A stretch of DNA of 63,388 nt, filler included, from Globobulimina sp. (GCA_003354225.1; 22 parts of 22 records of this genome joined end to end with filler, not necessarily neighbours in it), one strand, 5' to 3'. Positions 11,138 to 22,848 are shown, numbered from the whole stretch's first letter. Made by a program: numbers and translations. The notes: generated from the letters alone by a model not told the origin.

Positions 11138-11400
11138 TCATATATTCAAACTGTGACTGTCTAAAAGAATATCAACAGCAATGGCATAATGACGTTTGTG
11201 TTTGCCATCGGAATCTCCAATCCAATGAAACATTTCTCTGCTATAAAATTTTGAAATCAGTCTCGTCACATCACATGGTATCATATTTACACTGTACGCT
11301 ATTTTTATATATCCACTTAGCAATATTCCATCCATCAATCCACCACAAGTTATACCAACATATCCATACCTATATGGCTCTTTTTCTTTTGTAGTTGCTC
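11138..11400 (-). CDS. C-terminal fragment carrying the 'LLSGYI...IP..V..LI.KFY' box
   Basis: ILLSGYIKIAYSVNMIPCDVTRLISKFYSREMFHWI; frame is open upstream to about 11400. Confidence 0.55.
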
Positions 11401-12515
11401 CCAGTAACTCCTATATAGGGGCGGGGTAGGTAGCCCAGGGGCTGGGCTANNNNNNNNNNNNNNNNNNNNNNNNNNNNNNNNNNNNNNNNNNNNTTAATTA
11501 ATTAANNNNNNNNNNNNNNNNNNNNNNNNNNNNNNNNNNNNNNNNNNNNTGATTGTGCGAATTCCGCTGTCTGTATATCTTATGGATCAAAAGTTAATAT
11601 TAATTTCGTTTTGTTTTGCAACACACGCTGAAATAAACCAAATAGCATCAAATGTCCCACAAAAAGTGCCTTTTAAAAACTATATCCACAACATAGGCAG
11701 CGCTTGGCCGTAAATAATGCTGGACCTATTTTAGGGGTTGAACAATGGACGTATTGGATCCGACAGAAGGCTCAACAACGTTGCTTCCTCTATAGAGGAC
11801 ACTTTTTGCGTTTATTTTACCCATTTTGTAACCAATATCCATTCCATGGCGACTGAAAGAAAAACATTTGAGAGAGAAGAGCTTAAAAGTTTTTGTTTTG
11901 GAAAGGTGAATATTTTCAATGGATGCCGTCCTCATAATCAAAATAGTCAATCACATGTCGTATGAATTGAGAGGGGGGACGGCACCAATTATAATACTGA
12001 CCTCCATTGGAATTATTATTATTTTACATGTTTATTGATGGAACAAAATGGGGAAATTAATTCGGAATATAATAAAAAATAAGTGGAATTCCATTGGGAA
12101 TCGATTATATTAACAAAAACAGGAATGAATATTTAATCAATATGTAAACAGAGAAAGAATTATTTTGTGTGATGTTTCTATTCCGAACCATGAGCTTTTA
12201 AATTGGATGCATATCAAAACAATTTTGGGAAAAGTTTTAAAAAACAGAATAAAAAAAAATCACTCTCATGTAGTCGCTCTTAACATTAATAATGTCGTTA
12301 AACAAGCACTCTAAATATAATGTCCCCGAACAACCTACACACCCACCCAACCCCCCACACCCATGCACCCCCGCACCCAGCACCCGCACCCACCACCGGC
12401 ACCCAAGTGGAGACAAGTAAAGTAAACTAGTTAGTGATAAAAGTTTGAGTCTGACTCGGACCGTGTTTGTCGAACAATGTACAAATCAAACTGAATAACA
12501 AACCAAAATCAGAAG

Positions 12516-14336
12516 TTACTTTAAGTGATCTTGCATATATTGCGTGGCGACTTGAATGACCTTTGCCACATTGGACATTGACTTTCCTTGAACCTCTGTT
12601 TTGTCCGCATTCTTGCCGCCTTTCCATTGCTGCGGCCCGCCAATAAACGGCAACACCGAAGCGACCCAGTCACCGCAATGCATCTCCTTCCGTGCTTCCG
12701 CGAGAATGATTATTTGATTTTTCTCATTTGGCGAACAAGAAATTAACATGACCGACGTCTCCAAATTCTTTTTATTTTTGTAAAATCTCTTAATCCCTTC
12801 CTTCAACGCCTTTTTGTTGAAACCAACATCGATTCGACAGATGACAAACGGCAAACCACTCTCCAGACTCAGCACAACGTCCATTACTTTCTTCTTTCGC
12901 TTCTTGCTCAGCTCCTTTTGGTATTTCTTGTCTCTGTTCTTCAGCTCTTTCAATTGTGCCCTTAAGCCGTCCTTTACCACCGCATCAATCTTCGCATTGT
13001 CAATCTTGAACGAAAAGGACGAATAAATCGACGACAACTCGGCGCCGTTCGAATTCACAGCCATCGCTTGTTTGAATTCGTCGCAGAGCTCATTGGCATC
13101 GTTGATAGCCCGCTTTGCTGCGAATCCCGTCAAACAAACTGCTCTTCGAACCCCTGCAGACAACGCGTCGTCCGACAAAAACACAAAATGTTCCGCTTCG
13201 CCTGTATTCCGCAGATGTGTGCCGCCACAAAGTTCAATGGAAAAGTCCAAATTCCGCTCATTATCTGGCGCCAACAACGCCTCTTTGGCCTGGATCCCGA
13301 TGCAAACCACACGCACATTTTTGGGATATCGCTCCCCAAACATCGCCCGCAACGCATTCAGTTTCAACACTTGTTTGTATTCAATCACATCCGTATACAC
13401 ATTCAATTTCTTTTGAATAATCTCATTGCACTCTGCAGAAATCAGCGCAATCTGCTTCATATTCAATGCCTTATTCGTGGAATAGTCAAACCGCAATTTG
13501 TCAGCATCCACCAACGAGCCTTTCTGGTTCACCTCGGCGCCCAACACGTTCCGCAAAGAGAAATTCAATACATGCGTCATAGTGTGATTCGGTGCAATTT
13601 TGCCTCGATTTTCGTAATCCACCTTGGTGACCGACGACGCATTCACTTGCATCACACCATTGGTCACCTCCCCAATGTGCATGATATAGCCACCAAACTC
13701 CATCACATCGCTCACTACGAACGCATTCCCGCTTTGTTTGCCATCCTCATCATCGCCAACAATATATCCAATATCGGCGATTTGCCCACCAGACTCCGCA
13801 TAAAACGCAGTGCGATCCAATATAACCCCAATTGCTCCAACGTCAGAGTCAGAATCTACGCTCGCTAGGAATGCGTGATTATTCGCATCGAAAATCGCCA
13901 CAATTTTACATTTGATATCACTCCATTCGTGTTTATAACTTTCGTCTGTCTCTGCAATGCCATTCTGCTGCAAATAGGCCTTCTCATTATCACCCAAAGC
14001 ATTGCCAAACGAGGAAAAAGCGCTCTTCTTATTACTATCCTCCCTCTCTCGCTCCATCCGCACCAAATACTGCGCCTTATTCACTGTCATCCCCTGTTCC
14101 TCCGCCATCAATGTGGTCAAATCCAATGGGAAACCGAACGTAGAGTACAATTTGAACGCGATCTCGCCAGAAATCTCAGTCTGCCCACTCTCGACAATTC
14201 TGCCCACTTCGTATTGAAAGCGTTTCTCTCCGTTTTCCAAAGTGCGACTAAACAAATTCTCCTCTTGCTCTATAATGCTCCGTACGATTTCTCTCCGCTT
14301 CCGGACCTCGGGGAAGAATCCACCCATTTGGGCGCA
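12516..14336 (-). CDS. AARS1: Alanyl-tRNA synthetase, eukaryotic cytosolic type, C-terminal two thirds
   Basis: AFKLYSTFGFPLDLT, FYAESGGQIADIG, editing motifs NHTMTH and ELCGGTH, QKGSLV..LRFD. Confidence 0.97.
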   Translation of the reverse strand, partial: CAQMGGFFPEVRKRREIVRSIIEQEENLFSRTLENGEKRFQYEVGRIVESGQTEISGEIAFKLYSTFGFPLDLTTLMAEEQGMTVNKAQYLVRMEREREDSNKKSAFSSFGNALGDNEKAYLQQNGIAETDESYKHEWSDIKCKIVAIFDANNHAFLASVDSDSDVGAIGVILDRTAFYAESGGQIADIGYIVGDDEDGKQSGNAFVVSDVMEFGGYIMHIGEVTNGVMQVNASSVTKVDYENRGKIAPNHTMTHVLNFSLRNVLGAEVNQKGSLVDADKLRFDYSTNKALNMKQIALISAECNEIIQKKLNVYTDVIEYKQVLKLNALRAMFGERYPKNVRVVCIGIQAKEALLAPDNERNLDFSIELCGGTHLRNTGEAEHFVFLSDDALSAGVRRAVCLTGFAAKRAINDANELCDEFKQAMAVNSNGAELSSIYSSFSFKIDNAKIDAVVKDGLRAQLKELKNRDKKYQKELSKKRKKKVMDVVLSLESGLPFVICRIDVGFNKKALKEGIKRFYKNKKNLETSVMLISCSPNEKNQIIILAEARKEMHCGDWVASVLPFIGGPQQWKGGKNADKTEVQGKSMSNVAKVIQVATQYMQDHLK

Positions 14337-14579
14337 NNNNNNNNNNNNNNNNNNNNNNNNNNNNNNNNNNNNNNNNNNNNTTAATTAATTAANNNNNNNN
14401 NNNNNNNNNNNNNNNNNNNNNNNNNNNNNNNNNNNNTTCCATGTTGGATTTCATTATTGAACGTTTCTTATATATCCAATCCAAAATATCCAATCCACTT
14501 TACATAGACAAACTGTGCGATTGTTTGTTTCTTCTGACTAGTTTTTTCTGACTGACATAAATTAAAACAATCCTTCATA

Positions 14580-15672
14580 ATGAACAACGCAGACACTATA
14601 TTGCATTTAGACGAAGTTTCAAAACATAAAACAAGAGGAGATTTATGGATCATTCTCTATGATAAAGTATACGATGTCACCTCTATTTTACCTCAACATC
14701 CTGGTGGAAAAAATATCATTTTAGATTATGTCGCACACAGTTTAGTTACAAACAACATACGTATACGTATTTATTTACATAAACAATGCTCATTTAACAA
14801 AACAAACAGGCCAAGATTTAACTGAACCATTTGAAGAAACGCAACATTCGTCAAAAGCACGCAACACAATGTCAGATTTTTGTGTAGGTTCCCTTAGAAA
14901 CAATAAGAAAAACAAAAAAAACAAAAATGCAAAAACATTATTTTCTAAAATCGAGGCTTCCAAACCATCGGAATCAGATTTAATGCAAAATATTTGGGAA
15001 TACACACCCTCGAAAAGCGTCGAAATGCAAAATGTTGCACATTACGGTACCAAAAGAATAATTGGATGGGGCGATTTATTTTCGGTGAAAATAGAAATGC
15101 TGGACAATCAACACGAAAATATCGTGAATATTATGAATAAAATATTTAATTTTGGAAAAATTTCCGATTTAAATGAATTCATCGCAGCCTGGAATATTCA
15201 TTGCGAAACGGAACAATATTTATTTGATATATATAACTTTGGAAGTTATCAGAAAAAATTACATATCAAAGATCACACTCGAATCATAAATATGGTAAAC
15301 GATACATACGATGATCTATTACGAAAATATGAGCATAAATTCAATTTGAATCAGAATATGGATGCAAGTGAATGCAAAAAAGATGATACAAAGAGAGAAG
15401 AGTTTGAATGCGAGGAATTATCCACTTTTGTGAAGAAAAGAATGGTGCCCGAGTTTAAAAAGCATGCCTTTGAATTTGACAGTTTATATATTGACCAATT
15501 GGGAGACAAAGATCCATCCATTTATGTCAAATGGGAGAAATCCTCACAATTTAATCTGATGAAACCAATATTTCCTAATGATGACCAAATAAATTTGGCG
15601 ATTTTCCAAGATGCGGTTTATGGAAATAATCAGTTAATGCTTCAATTACAAACTAACGCGCAGGAAAATTGA
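14580..15672 (+). CDS. Cytochrome b5-hemerythrin fusion, 340 aa; intron 14740-14809
   Basis: Exon 1: EVSKH...WIILYDKVYDVT...HPGG. After a 70-nt GT-AG intron: QDLTEPFEETQHS...VGSL. Then hemerythrin W..LFSV.I..LDNQH, HCETE, HIKDH, HAFEFD..Y. Spliced length 1023 nt, in frame. Confidence 0.88.
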
Positions 15673-16108
15673 AATCTTAATAATTAATTAATTAATATTG
15701 TATTATTGAATTCAGATCATTTCTATTTTTGTTTGTGATAATTTTTTGTTGTTGTTTTATTATTTTTAATGCATATTATTTTTTTAATGCATATTGTTTT
15801 ACGTAAAGATAGTTATAACTAGTTGAATTTTTAGGGTAAAGATTAGATTTTTAGGGTAAATTAGTTGAATAACCGGTTTGCTTTTTGTTTACCTAAATAT
15901 GAACCAATTAGCTATTTTCCCCTTTATTTTGGGAAAGCAAATCTTATGAAAAGTCAAACTCTGGATTTTTCAGATTCCATCAGTCTGACAGTATTCTGAC
16001 ACTATATCTGACACTATATACATTTGAACAAAAAGACACTGTGCCATGTAGCCTTGAAAAAGATTTAGAGCCAAAAACCGGAGTCCGGAGCTCTTTTCTT
16101 TCTCCTTT

Positions 16109-17137
16109 TTGATCATGGCAACTCCTTCAACGGTAACTCCTCCAACGTCGAAACCAACGACTCCATTCGATAACTTATTTTTAAAAAATATTGTTTCGAA
16201 TACGTACTCGCCATTCGATGTACCGTTAGTATCAAACGAAATTAAATTAGCACCATTTAGCAAATTAAAAATAAATCAATTACCAACCACACGAGATTTC
16301 GAGGGCAAGTTTAAAATCACCCAACTCATAAAAAGCAACAGCAAGACAGCGACCGTATTAATTAAAAACATCACCAATACCGGTTTTTCCATTGGAAAAA
16401 TCTATAATTGCCATGACAAAGAACGCAAGAAAACCCGCAAACAAATCGCTAAATATTGGCAACAATATCAAATTGTAAAATATTCGGGTTTGATGGAATA
16501 TTTTCGCTTTTATTATGACAGCAACGCGTCGTCGGTCACTATCCATCAACAGGCATATCAGCAGACATTACGCGCATTTGTCAAAGAAAAGGGTCCATTG
16601 CAAAATGAGGCGCAAACAAAGGTTATCGCACGAGATATATTATGCAAATTAATGCGTTTACACGAATACGGCTATGTTCATACTGATATTAAGCCGAATA
16701 ATATAATGGAGAGACGGTTACAGCATTTATATTCGACTGAATTCATTGGCGACGGCTGGTTATTAATTGATTTTGATTCAATGATTGAAGCGAAAAAAAA
16801 AGATATTTATCATGGAACAATGGGGTGGACGGCACCGGAAATTAGTTACACAGCAAAGAAAAATGTATATCGGTGCTCGGCGGATATATTTTCGTTTGGT
16901 TTGGTTATTTTATATGTCATGTTTGGTTCCAATCCATTGGCGATTCCTGCATCGCATATTAAGCAATGTAAAGAAAAAGAGGCGTTTTATGCGCGTTGGT
17001 ATAATGAATGTGTATTAAAATCGGAGAATGTGATTAAAAAGTATTTGGCACTGAATAAAGGAGCTCTTGAAGATTTTCAAGGGCTTCTATCTCAACTACC
17101 ATTTGATGTATCACCCCCTGCATGGGGGCCACGTTGA
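16109..17137 (+). CDS. Divergent Ser/Thr protein kinase; 3' end probably chimeric
   Basis: HTDIKPNN, LIDFD, GTMGWTAPE, DIFSFG; subdomain XI absent. Confidence 0.8.
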   Translation: MIMATPSTVTPPTSKPTTPFDNLFLKNIVSNTYSPFDVPLVSNEIKLAPFSKLKINQLPTTRDFEGKFKITQLIKSNSKTATVLIKNITNTGFSIGKIYNCHDKERKKTRKQIAKYWQQYQIVKYSGLMEYFRFYYDSNASSVTIHQQAYQQTLRAFVKEKGPLQNEAQTKVIARDILCKLMRLHEYGYVHTDIKPNNIMERRLQHLYSTEFIGDGWLLIDFDSMIEAKKKDIYHGTMGWTAPEISYTAKKNVYRCSADIFSFGLVILYVMFGSNPLAIPASHIKQCKEKEAFYARWYNECVLKSENVIKKYLALNKGALEDFQGLLSQLPFDVSPPAWGPR

Positions 17138-17323
17138 AGTCCTGTGAGGCATCCTGGGAAGCCTTATCAAGCTTTCTGAGTGGGTGATTGGATTTATTTG
17201 GCCTTACTTGGGCTTATTCTGGCNNNNNNNNNNNNNNNNNNNNNNNNNNNNNNNNNNNNNNNNNNNNTTAATTAATTAANNNNNNNNNNNNNNNNNNNNN
17301 NNNNNNNNNNNNNNNNNNNNNNN

Positions 17324-20110
17324 CATATTGCAATTCCACGCCATCATAGATATGATCATAATGTTCAAACGGCTTTGTTTTTTCAAATTGAACCTCCATC
17401 AAATTCTTATCAATCATCTCCGCATAGTCAGGCTCAGGAAGTGGTTTATTAATATCTTGCTTAAATATCGGCGATATGGGCGATAATAAAGTCGGTGTAA
17501 TCTCGCTGGATGCGGTACGAATTGGTGTGCTTAGATCGCTTTCCTTTTCTTCATTATTGCGCAGCATTTCTTTGATCGATTCCAATTTGCATAATCGTTC
17601 TTTCTTTTTATTAATTTCTTGCTGTTCGGCTTCAATTTCGCGTTCGGATTTGGATGGCCCTAATTCAGCAAAGGCAGATTCATAATTTTCTTGATTCAAG
17701 GCCCAATCCACCACTCGATTGGGGTCGTCTTGGTTGAATTCAATGCCACGTAACAATTGTCGCTGATTTATGCCTACCAATAAGCCGCCGGCGGATATCG
17801 ATTCAGCAATATCTAATCTCCGCGCATAAGCCATGGATCGTAGCTCTTCTTTATTGCGTTTGGCGGATAATATCTGTTTGGTGGCGCTATTTAATTGTTC
17901 TTCGTATTCTGATACACGCTTTTTCCATTTTGTACTTCTTTGTTGGTCCGTATCTGCAGTTATATTTTTGTGGCAATATTGAAATTCTTTTTGCCCAAAA
18001 TTCGCCTCAATCATAACATTTGCATGTCTTATCTCAATGGCCGGATAGTAATCAAATAGTGGGACATTCGTAAAAGTTGCTTTATTGCCCCAGAATCTTT
18101 TGCCATTTTGGGTAAAATATATGTCTCCGTCGACTTGATTTATACCGCAACCGATATAGTCGCCCACACCAAAACGCATCAGACCAAAATCTGTGGCTTC
18201 ATTAAAATCTCTATCTTTGATGGACACGGACTCATTTTTGCATTTCGAAGCAAATGGCGATAATTTTTTATATAGATTTTTATTTTTTGGATTGGCCAAT
18301 GCAAATTCTTTGGTCCTGTGTTGACTCAATATGTCCACCACAATGGTCTTATTCTCATCAGATTTAATATCGATGATTTTAGCGGATTTCCACACGGGAA
18401 TTAACTCAGATTCATCATAAATATCCACATAATCTCCAATCTCAAAGGTTTCATGCATGGAACTGACGATATCCTGTTTTTTATCCTTCTTATCGTCTTT
18501 ATCATCTTTTTTGTTATTGGTTTCAAACAATTTATCTTCGATAAAGGATTGGAAAAAATCGATTTTTGGCGGATTTGTATTTAACACATTCGAAGCAGAG
18601 TCCGTATCAAACTGTAAAAATCGCCGCTTGCCCATCCATTTCCAGCCTGTATTTGTAACAAAGAAATCCGCCCAATTTGACCGTAAACCAATGCTCAAAT
18701 TGCCAATTTTATCATTTTGAGGCTTATCTTTAAGCTCTGGTTGATCCACTTTTATATCTTGATCAATTTTAATAATTTTTATCTCAAAGTAATAATCATA
18801 CACAAACGGCACTTTATTATTGGTGGTAACCATTAAAGACTTCCCCTCATTCTCTTTATATTCTATCTGCAATGCTTGTGGATGAATGATAAAATGCTTT
18901 AAGAATTTTAGGTTCCATCGGGTCGGAAACTCTAATAAATCACCATCCATTCCAATGATTTTCTTATCTTCACAATCATACCGAGATTGATAGGGCACCG
19001 TGGCCATTTGTTCAGAGGTTAATCGTTTTTGTGTTTGTTTTTTATCATTTTCATCGCCGTCTTCTTCTTTGGAGGCATCATTCTCTAAAATAGTAGTAAT
19101 GTGACGATTGAATTCATTAAACAAATAGTTATGTGCTAAGAGATCATGATACATTGCCAAACAATTCTCATATTGAGCTTGCCAATCAGAGGAGGAAGAG
19201 GCCTGCGTATTGCCCATCGATATGAAGGTCTCCGCAAAGGATAATAACATAGTTTTATTATGTAATAATGTATTTGTATCGGTATCGGTATCCGCAATTA
19301 ATAGTGTATTATGTATAATATTTAACATTTGTGATTGAATTAAATTAAATAAGATCTGATATTGTGTTCTTTTGGCCTGTAAGTTGCGCGAAGTTGCCAC
19401 AAAAGATTGCGAGGGAAACAATTGTTTTTCATCATCTTTGCCATCATCTTTGTCATCGTCATTGTCTTCAATAATATGCATTTTGGGGGTCATTGGAGTT
19501 GGCGGTGTCTTGGGAGTATCTTTTATCTCTTTTATAATGCGGTTATCCTCTTCTTTGTTGTCCTCTTCTTTGGCGTCTTTATCTTGTTTGAGTTCGCTGT
19601 CATTTTCAGGTTTAATAATATCTTCTTTCGCATCAATATCATCATTCTCTTGCGGTGGTGCCGGTGGCTGTGACTGTGGCTGTTCCGGCTCCACAGACAT
19701 GGACAGTGCCATAGCTTTCTGCAATTCGGCTAAATCAAAACCATCCTCATCTCCAAATGCCATCGCTAGCATCGCCACGGCAGAATCATCCATCACAAAT
19801 GGCTCAGATTGTACTGCGGCGGCTGTTGGTTCAGACGCGGCTGCTTTGGGGGATTGCGGATCAGAGTGTTGTTCCGATGCGGCTTCTTTTTCTTGTCTTT
19901 GTGGCTGTTGTAGAGGGGATAAACCAGAAATGTCTGACGATGATTGCGTGGTTCTTCTTTGTGTGGGGGTTTTGGGCATATCTTCATGGTCAAACGTTTC
20001 TTTTTTATCTTCGTTTTCTTCTTTTAACGTAGCTGATTGCTGATGCTTTGCAGCCAACATTGCATTCATTTTGGTCCATGTTTTTAGCAAAATTTGTAAC
20101 TTTTGTAATA
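17324..20110 (-). CDS. Internal fragment of a large UIM-SPRY-UBA protein (probable E3 ligase or ubiquitin adaptor)
   Basis: UIM DLAELQKAMALSMS; SPRY YYFEIKI...LSIGL...GDYIGCGI...IYFTQNGK...YYPAI...ANFGQKEF; UBA-like GINQRQLLRGIEFNQDDPNRVVDWAL. Confidence 0.8.
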
Positions 20111-20251
20111 NNNNNNNNNNNNNNNNNNNNNNNNNNNNNNNNNNNNNNNNNNNNTTAATTAATTAANNNNNNNNNNNNNNNNNNNNNNNNNNNNNNNNNN
20201 NNNNNNNNNNAAATATATTAGTAACTAATATATATATATATTAGTACTAAT

Positions 20252-21169
20252 ATGCGTACCTCTTATCGGGAACACTACTGTATTTCAAACAATATCGTTT
20301 TCTTACCACAGACATCATATGGAGTATGCTGTTTAGCTCTTATTAGTGCATGTTCTGCAATGGTTGGTCCAGCTGAGGTTGCTAAATCTATCTCGCATTC
20401 ACTTCCATTACTTGTTTACACATGTACTGTTGGTGAATTAGCCACATATAAATCGCATATGATGAATTATCTATTAACAACTTGCAAACAAGTTAATTTA
20501 CATTTTGTTTTAAAAAAGACACAAAAATGCGAAAGGGAGGAACAAATACAGGCATTGGATGAAGATTTCTCCAAATTAGAAAAAGAAGATTATTTTATGG
20601 AAGGTTTTAGAAAATTGGTTGCAACAACAGCTGGCAGTTGGAGTGAATATTGTAAGGTGACAGAGAGAACAGGCGGGCGTCGATGGAATAATTATGATGA
20701 GTTTGGGACGTTTGATAAACAATTTTCTGTAAAAGCGGGGAATTCTGAAGAAATGGCAACATTTTTATCAGCCTTTCATTGTTCTGGAATTTCTCGATCA
20801 TTTGTTGATGATAATTATGAAAGCAATATTGAAAGTACAAATTTAGTAACACATATAACATCACAACCAGAGGTTTTTGCAGAAGGTATGAGTCAACATA
20901 AAGCAAACGGAGGAATTGCACGAATTTTAATGGCAAAGGCGGATTATGGTTCAGAATTCATTAATCGTAACAATTTTTCAACAAATCAAATAACATTGAA
21001 TGAAATTATTCAGTTAGATATAACTGTTGGAGCACTATATAAAGGTATATTAAGAAGCGGATTTTGGCCGACTTTATTACACAAGAAATTAGACACTGTA
21101 AAAGTTTTATACTCTCCAATTGTGGATACAATGTTAGCATCGTTAGAAAAATTAGTTAAGTTGTTCTAA
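20252..21169 (+). CDS. DUF3987-like P-loop ATPase/helicase-related protein
   Basis: ALISACSAMVG...LLVYTCTVGELATYKS (Walker A-like), YDEFGTF (Walker B), TSQP and NGGIARIL occur in the order typical of DUF3987/YfjI. Confidence 0.6.
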   Translation: MRTSYREHYCISNNIVFLPQTSYGVCCLALISACSAMVGPAEVAKSISHSLPLLVYTCTVGELATYKSHMMNYLLTTCKQVNLHFVLKKTQKCEREEQIQALDEDFSKLEKEDYFMEGFRKLVATTAGSWSEYCKVTERTGGRRWNNYDEFGTFDKQFSVKAGNSEEMATFLSAFHCSGISRSFVDDNYESNIESTNLVTHITSQPEVFAEGMSQHKANGGIARILMAKADYGSEFINRNNFSTNQITLNEIIQLDITVGALYKGILRSGFWPTLLHKKLDTVKVLYSPIVDTMLASLEKLVKLF

Positions 21170-21221
21170 ATGAGCCCAGAATTTTTTTTTATTTAAAATA
21201 TTATAGATATTAACCACTGCT

Positions 21222-22682
21222 ATGGCGCAACCAAAAAACCAAACCTGTATTAAAAGATATTCACAAGGTATTTTGATGAAAATGATAGATCAGATGGATC
21301 GTGCTACTGCAAATCTTGGTGTTTTAGAACATTTTTTGAAAGAAATAGAACAAAATGGTTCAAGTGCAATTAAAGGTTTATTCAGCACGAAAGGTAAACA
21401 GTTAGTAATAAAAATATCAGACCCAAAAATCGCTTGCGCAGGTTTCGAGATGATATTAGGGTCATTAGACGTATATCAAGAATTATTTGACGTAAGGTTT
21501 ACCAGATGTATTTGTAATTTTGACGTTAATGACTTACCAAAACGAAAAAAGCCAGAAAAAAATGAAATGTCTGATAAAGTTGAAATGGACTGTGACGGAG
21601 TTGAAGAAAATAAAGAAGAAAAAAACGATGGTGAAGAACAAAGTGTTGCGAATGTAGTTGTTAGTCATGATCCTTTGATTAACTGGTTAATTAAAATGCC
21701 AGGAAGTGTGTTGTCTATTTCTGGTTTGGTAGGCGGAAGATTTCGTGGTGTAACTAAGCCCACATTTATTGAAAGACTAAGAAAAAAAGTCGATGAAAAT
21801 ACCAACAATAAACCGGAAACAGACAGAGCTTTGTTGGATAAAGCATGTGCAGTGTATCAACGATTTCGTTTAGGGAAAGTGTATGTTATTTGTTTGTTGT
21901 ATGTTGTGTTTCCTTTATATATTTATTTTTATGCACATAGAGTAAATGGCGGACCATCAGGAATGAAACGTTGTTTCGTAAAAGTTGAAATACCTAAAAA
22001 TAACGAAGAAATTAGTGATGAACTTAAAATATCGTTCGCTACATTAGGAATCGCACCAAACGCGTGGAGACATTCGTATAACAAAAAAAATATGTGTTGT
22101 TTTAAATTCGACAAAAATACAAATAAACACGCCGTTGAAGAGAGTTGGAGCAAAGCATGTGCACATTTTAAGAAAGACTTTGATAAATTAGAAGATATAC
22201 GATTAAAAATGTCGGAAGAGGTGCAAAATTACGCAACAATACCATTTGAGTTGAGTGTTCTTAAAGCCAGCAAAATATTATCCAAATTAGATGAACAAGT
22301 TGCAGATGATATTGTGCAAACGGAGCATTTAATTAATTTAAATCCAGAATGTAAAACACTTAGGGATCATTATAATAAAATGATTGCAGAGAATTGGGAG
22401 GATATAATATCTTTAGGTAAAAGTATAGGGAAGGAAAAGGAAATCAAAGAAAGAAATGATGTGGCGTTAACACAAAGATTTAAAGTGGACGGAAAAGAGT
22501 ATCAGAAACCGAAACTAAGCGTATTTTCATCGGAAGAAGAAATAAATGGTGCAGACTTAGCAAATGTTAATTGGTTTGGCTGTGGTAAACATGCAAATTT
22601 AACAACTATTGATAAAACAAAATTATTACGTGTTACAGAAATTCCAGATTCATGGAAAAAAAAGGATAGTAACAAAAATTGA
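21222..22682 (+). CDS. Hypothetical protein, with a probable in-frame 60-nt intron at 21881-21940
   Basis: Long ORF; the T-rich GTATGT...ACATAG segment is 3n and stop-free and translates to an out-of-place hydrophobic peptide. Confidence 0.6.
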   Translation: MAQPKNQTCIKRYSQGILMKMIDQMDRATANLGVLEHFLKEIEQNGSSAIKGLFSTKGKQLVIKISDPKIACAGFEMILGSLDVYQELFDVRFTRCICNFDVNDLPKRKKPEKNEMSDKVEMDCDGVEENKEEKNDGEEQSVANVVVSHDPLINWLIKMPGSVLSISGLVGGRFRGVTKPTFIERLRKKVDENTNNKPETDRALLDKACAVYQRFRLGKVYVICLLYVVFPLYIYFYAHRVNGGPSGMKRCFVKVEIPKNNEEISDELKISFATLGIAPNAWRHSYNKKNMCCFKFDKNTNKHAVEESWSKACAHFKKDFDKLEDIRLKMSEEVQNYATIPFELSVLKASKILSKLDEQVADDIVQTEHLINLNPECKTLRDHYNKMIAENWEDIISLGKSIGKEKEIKERNDVALTQRFKVDGKEYQKPKLSVFSSEEEINGADLANVNWFGCGKHANLTTIDKTKLLRVTEIPDSWKKKDSNKN

Positions 22683-22848
22683 TAAGTAGTTTCCATTTTT
22701 TTTTTAATATTTGAGTAATTTTTATGTTTTTGTGGACTTAGGGTTGTTAGTGGTGGGTTTTTAAGCACTTATTTGTTTTTGTTTTTGTTTTTTATGTTTT
22801 TGTTTTATGGACTTTTTGTTAGAATTAGTGGTAAGCCTTTTAATGTAT

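Noticed and set aside
12330-12408. C-rich tract (G-rich on the minus strand) downstream of AlaRS, possible G-quadruplex
   Set aside because: Irregular low-complexity 3' region with no further support.
13068-14384. Long plus-strand ORFs opposite AlaRS (similarly opposite the MAPK at 41007-41747)
   Set aside because: Antisense shadows of GC-rich coding sequence; no protein motifs.
15828-15860. Two TTTTAGGG telomere-like words
   Set aside because: Only two non-contiguous copies, internal to the contig.
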